Positions 1 through 5,028 of a stretch of DNA of 5,028 nucleotides are shown in pieces (the stretch's first letter is position 1; each line of letters opens with the position of its first letter). The translations under genes were made by a program, and so were the position numbers. The stretch spans positions 1-5,028 of the forward strand of contig NW_021830257.1 of the NCBI RefSeq assembly GCF_006345805.1, read 5' to 3'. The notes beneath the pieces are model-generated. The model worked only from the letters and a program-made list of their open reading frames with translations, made no database searches and was not told where the DNA came from. The stretch comes from Octopus sinensis. Taxonomy: Eukaryota.

Positions 1-109
1 TATAAAATAGTACCAGTTGCACACTGGGGTTGATGTAATTGACTGCCCCCCTCCCCCACATTTCAGGCATTGTGCCTATAATAGAAAGGATTATTATTAT
101 TATTATTAT
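1..109 (+). mobile_element. SINE family A, 3' part (cut by window start) with (ATT)n tail
   Basis: 9-89 aligns by eye with 245-326 of the next copy (AGTACCAG...TGGGGTTGATGTAAT...CCCCTCCCC...TGTGCCTATAATAGAAAGG); (ATT)n tail at about 90-109. Confidence 0.7.
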
Positions 110-114
110 AATTA

Positions 115-335
115 AAGTTGTGAGCTGGTAAAGTTGTTAGCATGCTGGGCAAGGTGCTAAGTGGCATTTTGACCATCTGCATGATCTGAGTTCAAATTCT
201 GCTGAGGTCGACTTTAGCTTTTATCCTTTGAAGGTTGATAAACTAAGTACCAGACAAGTACTTGGGTTGATGTAATCAGCTGTCCCCTCCCCACAAATTC
301 CTGGCCTGGTGCTTATAGTAGAAAGGGTTATTATT
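115..335 (+). mobile_element. tRNA-derived SINE family A, near full length, diverged
   Basis: Pol III B-box-like GTTCAAATTC at 190-199, degenerate A-box region near 121-136, body homologous to 1-109, ends in a short (ATT)n tail. Confidence 0.7.
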
Positions 336-392
336 GGCTGTCCCCTCCTCTACAATTCTTGACTTTGTGCCAAAACCTGAAACTAGTTTTAT
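336..392 (+). mobile_element. SINE family A, 3' fragment
   Basis: GCTGTCCCCTCCTCTACAATTCTTGACTTTGTGCC resembles GCTGTCCCCTCCCCACAAATTCCTGGCCTGGTGCT at 279-313. Confidence 0.5.
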
Positions 393-420
393 GATTTACT
401 CATCTCCTTTGTCGTTGTAT

Positions 421-475
421 TGTCCTAAATGATTTGGTGGTCCTTGTGGCCAATAAAGAAAGAATTATTATTATT
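421..475 (+). mobile_element. SINE family A, degenerate 3' end with (ATT)n tail
   Basis: CCTTGTGGCCAATAAAGAAAGAATTATTATTATT resembles CATTGTGCCTATAATAGAAAGGATTATTATT at 68-98. Confidence 0.45.
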
Positions 476-607
476 AGCACCATCTGATCGTGGCCGTTTG
501 CCAGCCTCGTCTGGCCCCCGTGTCGGTGGCACATAAAAAGCACCATCCGATCGTGGCCGTTTGCCAGCCTCGTCTGGCACCTGTGCCGGTGGCACGTAAA
601 AAGCACC
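476..607 (+). repeat. 63-bp internal tandem duplication within B1 (2 units plus start of a third)
   Basis: AGCACC recurs at 476, 539 and 602; the two full units differ at only a few positions. Confidence 0.9.
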
Positions 608-773
608 CACTACACTCATGGAGTGGTTGACGTTAGTAAGGGCATCCAGCCGTAGAAACATTGCCAGATCAGACTGGGCCTGGTGCAGCCTTCGGGCTTC
701 CCAGACCCCAGTTGCACCGTCCAACCCATGCCAGCATGGAAAGCGGACGCTAAACGACGATGATGATGATGAT
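476..773 (+). mobile_element. Retroposon family B (SINE or LINE 3' UTR), 5'-truncated copy B1
   Basis: Homologous to the reverse complements of 1891-2134 and 3666-4024. Terminal stem CCATGC-CA-GCATGG (726-739), then a (GAT)n tail to 773, an architecture typical of LINE-mobilised 3' ends. No pol III head is visible. Confidence 0.85.
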
Positions 774-1080
774 AATAATTTTCTTTAATATAATTTTCAA
801 CTTTTGCTTTTTTGCAGTTCTATTTGAAATTAAATCTAAATAATAAATAAATGAATAGTTTTGAAAACGTAAAACTAAAACAAAAAAAAAGCATAAATCA
901 AAACAAGCAAAATAAATTCTGAAAAACATTAAAATACATAAAAATAAATGTCTAATTAAAACTTTAAAATAAATCTTAAAAGCATGAAAATTGAAAACAA
1001 AATTAGTAAAAAAAAAAAATTAAATATAATAAAAATAACGTAAGAAAAAAAGAAACCCCGATAAATTTTGAAATAAATCC
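774..1080. repeat. A-rich low-complexity tract
   Basis: Very AT-rich with strong A skew on + strand, many A4-A12 runs, no stable period. Confidence 0.8.
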
Positions 1081-1232
1081 CAAAGATGACATGCCAGCAT
1101 AATGGCCATTTTTAATCCTGTGGAACTGTTGTCGTGCGCAAGTCTTTCTGGTAATACACGAGACATGTGTCACATACAGACATTTCAGTTCTGGTAGTGA
1201 AGTCTTTTTTTTAAGTCTAAAATTTCTCAGGC

Positions 1233-1234
1233 TG

Positions 1235-1265
<31 letters not shown>

Positions 1266-1537
1266 TGTGAGAGAGTTTTCCTTTCTTATGATGTCTCCTT
1301 CCTTATCTCTGTCTGTGTCTCTGTTTTGTCTCTCTTCCTCTCTCTCTCTCTCTCTCTCATTTCTAATGGTCATATAAAATGCTACATATGTACACACACA
1401 AGCATGTACATGTACATACACACACATATACACACACACACATACATGCAAGCATATCATATTTCAATCTTCTTCACATAGATGTGTTCATTCATGCACA
1501 TATACACACAAACCCATACATATACACACATACATAC

Positions 1538-1570
<33 letters not shown>
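1233..1570. repeat. Compound microsatellite: (TG)n, (CT)n, degenerate (CA/TA)n, (TA)n
   Basis: (TG)n 1233-1268, (CT)n about 1309-1338, CA/TA mosaic about 1383-1541, perfect (TA)n 1543-1570. Confidence 0.95.
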
Positions 1571-1574
<4 letters not shown>

Positions 1575-1775
1575 ATCCAAACAAGAAAGCACAAAAAAAC
1601 ACAACAACGCTGGGACGTGGAACAAATATAGTATTATTGGACGCTCAGGAAAGAAGGAGGGTTTAACGTTTCGAGCGGAGCTCTTTGTCAGAAACATAGA
1701 AGGAAAGATCCAGAGAAGGGAAGACAGAGGAAAAAAAATCGCCAACGGTACACACGAGGTCACATTTTGAAAGCA
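1571..1775 (-). mobile_element. Short (AT)n-flanked element, probable Penelope-like terminal-repeat derivative
   Basis: About 205 bp of complex sequence between two (AT)n tracts, carrying a minimal hammerhead-like motif on the minus strand followed by AATAAT (1634-1639, one mismatch from AATAAA). Family assignment is inference. Confidence 0.5.
1661..1695 (-). ncRNA. Minimal type I hammerhead-ribozyme-like motif, G8-to-A variant (probably inactive copy)
   Basis: Minus strand reads GUUU-CUGACAA-A-GAGC-UCC-GCUC-GAAAC-GUU-AAAC: stem I GUUU/AAAC, stem II GAGC/GCUC, palindromic AACGUU in place of stem III. Confidence 0.6.
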
Positions 1776-1822
1776 ATATATATATATATATATACATTTA
1801 CATACATACATATATACATTCA

Positions 1823-1892
<70 letters not shown>
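1776..1892. repeat. Compound microsatellite (AT)n / (TACA)n / (AT)n
   Basis: Directly visible. Confidence 0.95.
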
Positions 1893-2134
1893 CATCATCA
1901 TCATCATCATCATTTAACGTCCGTTTTCCGCGCTAGCACGGGTTGACGGTTTCGACCGGGGTCTGGGGAGCTCGGGACTGCCCCAGCTCCATTCTAGTCT
2001 GGCAGTGTTTCTACCGCTGGATGCCCTTCTAACGCAACCACCACTCCGCGAGTGTAGTGGGTGTTTTTTTACGTGCCACCTGCACAGGTGCCAGAGGGGT
2101 CTGGCATCGGCCACGTTCGGATGGTGCTTTTTAT
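1891..2134 (-). mobile_element. Retroposon family B, 5'-truncated copy B2
   Basis: (CAT)n 1893-1913, then TTAACGTCCGTTTTCC...GGATGCCCTT...GTGCCACC, homologous to 3721-3890; one 63-bp internal unit (GGTG at 2060 and 2123); stops where the tandem array begins. Confidence 0.85.
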
Positions 2135-2913
2135 GGGGGGGGTGCAGAAATAAGGGGAGCACCAGTGGAGGGGTGGTTCAGAGGACAGGTACTAGGCAAG
2201 TAGAACGTAGGATATCGAGAGAGGGGTAATGCATGGTGAAATAGCGTATTGAAGAGGGGGCTTCAAAGAGTAGACACCTATAATGGTGGTGGGGGGGTGC
2301 AGAATATAGGGGAGCACCAGTGGGAGGGGTGGTTCAGAGGACAGTTCTAGGCAAGTAGAACGTAGGATATCGAGAGAGGGGTAATGCATGGTGAAATAGC
2401 GTATTGAAGAGGGGGGTTCAAAGAGACACCTATAATGGTGGTGGTGGGGTGCAGAATATAGGGGAGCACCAGTGGGAGGGGTGGTTCAGAGGACAGGTTC
2501 TAGGCAAGTAGAACGTAGGATATCGAGAGAGGGGTAATGCATGTTGAAATAGCGTATTGAAGAGGGGCTTCAAAGAGTAGACACCTATATGGTTGTGGGG
2601 GGTGCAGAAATTAGGGGGAGCACCAGTGGGAGGGGTGGTTCAGAGGACAGGTTCTAGGCAAGTAGAACGTAGGATATCGAGAGAGGGGTAATGCATGGTG
2701 AAATAGCGTATTGAAGAGGGGGGTTCAAAGAGTAGACACCTATAATGGTGGTGGTGGGGGTGTTCAGAAATATAGGGGATCACCAGTGGAGGGGTGGTTC
2801 AGAGGACAGGTTCTAGGCAAGTAGAACGTAGGATATCTAGAGAGGGTAATGCATGGTGAAATAGCGTATTGAAGAGGGGGGTTCAAAGAGTAGACACCTA
2901 TAATGGTGGTGGG
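2135..2913. repeat. Tandem array, five units of about 152-158 bp, G-rich on + strand
   Basis: GTGCAGAA-type anchors at 2142, 2297, 2449, 2602 and 2760 (spacings 155, 152, 153, 158). Units differ mostly by homopolymer-length indels; my hand-built consensus has stops in all six frames. Confidence 0.97.
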
Positions 2914-2943
2914 ATATATATATATATATATATATTTATATAT
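2914..2943. repeat. (AT)n microsatellite
   Basis: Directly visible, one interruption. Confidence 0.95.
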
Positions 2944-3090
2944 GTTAAACGTCCGATGAATGGGAACGTGAAACTCCTAGTAACAGGTTTTGTTGAATTT
3001 CTGCTGCTTTTAAATAAAGCATATTACTCTACCCCTGGTATTTGAGTACTCTTTTTTCAACCTTGTTTCACATTTATGTATTTACTCTGG
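2944..3090 (+). mobile_element. Short (AT)n-flanked element, probable Penelope-like terminal-repeat derivative
   Basis: About 147 bp between (AT)n tracts, with a hammerhead-like motif at its 5' end and AATAAA at 3013-3018. No evident sequence similarity to 1571-1775. Confidence 0.5.
2947..2990 (+). ncRNA. Minimal type I hammerhead-ribozyme-like motif, U4-to-C variant
   Basis: AAACGU-CCGAUGA-AUG-GGAA-CGU-GAAACU-CCU-AGUA-ACAGGUUU: stem II AUG/CGU with GGAA tetraloop, stem III ACU/AGU, GUA triplet at 2980-2982, stem I GU/AC plus AAAC/GUUU around a 2-nt bulge. Confidence 0.55.
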
Positions 3091-3122
<32 letters not shown>

Positions 3123-3300
3123 CAGACAGAGAAAGTGATATAGATACACATATATACATAAGCAAACTTATCACATTTCAGTCTTGTATGCATATATGCA
3201 CTCACACAGGAATACAATGATAACACATTCACATTGACACATACTAACAAATGCACATATCTCTTAGCCTCACACAAAATATCTTTATATATATATATAT
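3091..3300. repeat. Compound and degenerate microsatellite region
   Basis: (TA)n 3091-3108, (GA)n 3109-3122, GACA/CA/TA mosaic, (AT)n 3286-3300. Confidence 0.8.
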
Positions 3301-3539
3301 CACAGTACTGACCAGACCATCAGATGCTATTTAAAAGGCATTGGTCACAATCTGCTTCCAATTCTGTCTTGATTGTACCATTCATTACCTTCTTGACCAA
3401 AATCGATTTTTCATTGTCATGGAAGCTTTTCAAATGGCCTTTTCTCATCTCTTGGATACCAGTTGGCCACTGCACAGGTGGAACTTGCGCTTTTGATATT
3501 CTGTAATCGCATTGTTCACTGCATTCCATTCTCAAAGTA

Positions 3540-3615
3540 CAGTAATCTCTCGACTAATGCAGGTGTTATGTTCCAAAATCCCCCACAATAGGTAAAAACC
3601 CACAAAGTAGAAACA
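3540..3615 (+). mobile_element. Probable pogo/Tigger-like (Tc1/mariner superfamily) DNA transposon end, CpG-decayed
   Basis: TA at 3538-3539, then CAGTAATCTCTCG...GCAGGTGTTATGTTCCAAAATCCCCCACAATA...AAAAACCCAC, matching by recall the Tigger-type terminal pattern CAGT..TCCCTCG...GCGGG...GTTCCA..CCCCCGC. No second TIR found. Confidence 0.5.
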
Positions 3616-3665
3616 GTACTGCACTGTATATTTTTAAAAATTATTTTTATAATTTGTATAGATTT

Positions 3666-4024
3666 CATCATCATCATCATCATCATCGTTAAACGATGAT
3701 TCATCAATCATCATCATCATCGTTTAACGTCCGTTTTCCATGCTAGCATGGGTTGGATGGTTCGACCGGGGTCTGGGAAGCGAGGAGGCTGCACCAGGCT
3801 CCAGGCTGATCTGGCAGTGTTTCTACATCTGGATGCCCTTCCTAACACCAACCACTCCGTGAGTGTAGTGGGTGCTTTTTATGTGCCACCAGCGCAGGTG
3901 CCAGGGCAGGCTGGCAACGGCCATGATTGGTTGGTGTTTTTTATGTGCCACAGGCATGGAAGCCAGTCAAGGCAGCGCTGGCATCGGCCACATTCGGATG
4001 GTGCTTTTTACGTGCCACCGGCAC
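3666..4024 (-). mobile_element. Retroposon family B, 5'-truncated copy B3
   Basis: (CAT)n tail region 3666-3720, perfect palindrome CCATGCTAGCATGG at 3738-3751, body homologous to B1 and B2, internal units with GGTG anchors at 3871, 3933 and 4000 (62 and 67 bp). Confidence 0.88.
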
Positions 4025-4126
4025 AACTTTATTAAAGTATTGAGTTCTTATTGTTGGTTCAGCTGTTGTATCATCATGTATGTTAACTCTCTTTGAAACA
4101 TATTTATAATTTTTCACACACACACA

Positions 4127-4551
4127 GGCGTAGGAGTGGCTGTGTGGTAAGTAGCTTGCTTACCAGCCACATGGTTCCAGGTTCAGTCCCACTGCATGGC
4201 CAACCTTGGGCAAGTGTCTTCTACTATAGTAGCCTCAGGCTGCCCAAGCCTTGTGATGGATTTGGTAGATGGAAACTGAAAGAAGCCCGTCGTATATATG
4301 TGTATATATATATATGTCTGCATATGTATATGTTTGTGTGTCTGTGTTTGTCCCCCTAACATCGCTTGACAAGCGATGCTGGTGTGTTTACATCCCTGTA
4401 ACTTAGCGGTTCGGTAAAAGAGACTGATAGAATAAGTACTAGGCTTCCAAAAATAAGTCCTGGGATCGATTTGCTTGACTAAATGCGGTGCTCCAGCTTG
4501 ACCACAGTCAAATGACTGAAACAACTAAAAGAGTAAAAAGAGTATAGAGAG
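4127..4551 (+). mobile_element. tRNA-derived SINE family C, full length
   Basis: A-box-like TGGCTGTGTGG 4137-4147, B-box-like GGTTCAGTCCC 4180-4190, then CCTTGGGCAAGT (reminiscent of the start of the CORE domain), internal TA/TG microsatellite about 4293-4350, tail of TAAAAGAG-like repeats 4526-4551. Second copy at 4936. Confidence 0.85.
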
Positions 4552-4552
4552 T

Positions 4553-4733
4553 TTGCACATACCCATGCATACTTATATACACACACACCTGTGTTTATGC
4601 ATATGTCTGTATATATTTTTATATGTACATGTGTGTATATATTTATATATGTACATATATATGTACATGTGTGTGTATGTATGTGTATTAGAATCTGTAT
4701 CACTGAGTACGTATATATATATGCACACATACA
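4553..4733. repeat. Degenerate TA/TG/CA microsatellite mosaic
   Basis: Directly visible. Confidence 0.9.
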
Positions 4734-4734
4734 T

Positions 4735-4832
4735 GACCTGATTGAGCTTCGTGCAGCTTCCTGGATTGCCAGGCCTCAGTCAAACTGTCCGACCCATTCC
4801 AGCATGGAAAGTGGATGTTAATTGACGATGAT
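4735..4832 (+). mobile_element. Retroposon family B, old 3' fragment B4
   Basis: GTGCAGCTTCCTGG...TGTCCGACCCATTCCAGCATGGAAAGTGGATGTTAA...GACGATGAT aligns with 683-763 of B1. Confidence 0.75.
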
Positions 4833-4935
4833 ATGTAAATGTTGAGTGATGAAAATGAGTGCTCAACACCATATTGGTAGCTGGACGAAACCAATGGTAG
4901 GCTTAATTCACAAATAAAGAATATGTATATATATA

Positions 4936-5028
4936 GGCGCAGGAGTGGCTCTGTGGTAAGTAGCTTGTTTACCAACCACATGGTTCTGGGTTCAGTCCCA
5001 CTGCATGGCACTTTGGGCAAGTGTTTTT
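4936..5028 (+). mobile_element. tRNA-derived SINE family C, 5' part (cut by window end)
   Basis: Near-identical to 4127-4220; A-box-like TGGCTCTGTGG 4946-4956, B-box-like GGTTCAGTCCC 4989-4999. Confidence 0.85.

Noticed and set aside
400-724. ORFs 400-606 and 425-724, and the similar 1914-2162, 2005-2229, 3748-4035, 3872-4096, 3941-4123
   Set aside because: They are translations of family B repeats; recurring peptides such as GAFYVPP and CHRHR reflect the 63-bp DNA unit, not a protein.
860-1020. Phased A-tracts implying bent DNA
   Set aside because: Tract spacings range from about 5 to 18 bp with no steady 10-11 bp period.
1227-1913. ORFs rich in CV, HT, YI and poly-M (also 3074-3277, 3516-3707, 4479-5020)
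   Set aside because: Largely dinucleotide and trinucleotide microsatellite read-through, plus adjoining repeat sequence.
2174-2423. Pol III A-box-like TGGTTCAGAGG and B-box-like GGTTCAAAG in the array unit
   Set aside because: Both are imperfect, the B-like motif is absent from units 1 and 3, and the spacing is long; likely chance.
2431-2436. TATAAT resembling a bacterial -10 box
   Set aside because: Eukaryotic repeat context, no -35 element and no downstream gene.
2135-2913. Array as CRISPR, as a coding repeat (ORF 2192-2389) or as a retrozyme multimer
   Set aside because: Units are contiguous with no unique spacers, the consensus has stops in all frames, and I found no CUGANGA core in the unit on either strand. 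The nearby hammerhead lies beyond an (AT)n tract and is treated as a separate element.
3320-3535. ORFs 3320-3535 (minus) and 3324-3506 (plus) as host exons
   Set aside because: No recognisable domain; a minus-strand donor-like AG|GTAATG exists but the candidate acceptor lacks a polypyrimidine tract.
3302-3621. ACAGTACTG at 3302-3310 and 3613-3621 as a target-site duplication
   Set aside because: No terminal repeats lie inside the pair, and the enclosed segment already contains a separate TA-flanked transposon-like end.
4127-4200. tRNA gene (also 4936-5005 and 115-200)
   Set aside because: Only A/B-box remnants are present, I cannot fold a full cloverleaf, and each continues into a repeat body, so these are SINE heads.

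Overview
Non-coding, repeat-saturated eukaryotic DNA. From recall, the SINE-like families resemble octopus (coleoid cephalopod) repeats, but I cannot verify that here. No protein-coding gene is supported: the listed ORFs translate microsatellites, SINE-like repeats, a tandem array, or short segments with no recognisable homology. The window holds three SINE-like families (A at 1-475; B at 476-773, 1891-2134, 3666-4024, 4735-4832; C at 4127-4551, 4936-5028), many microsatellites, a probable pogo/Tigger-like transposon end (3540-3615) and a five-unit ~155-bp G-rich tandem array (2135-2913). The most interesting signals are two unrelated minimal hammerhead-ribozyme-like motifs (1661-1695 minus, 2947-2990 plus). 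Each lies in a short element set between (AT)n tracts and has one core deviation; this layout is known from Penelope-like retroelement terminal repeats. All pairings and alignments were done by eye.
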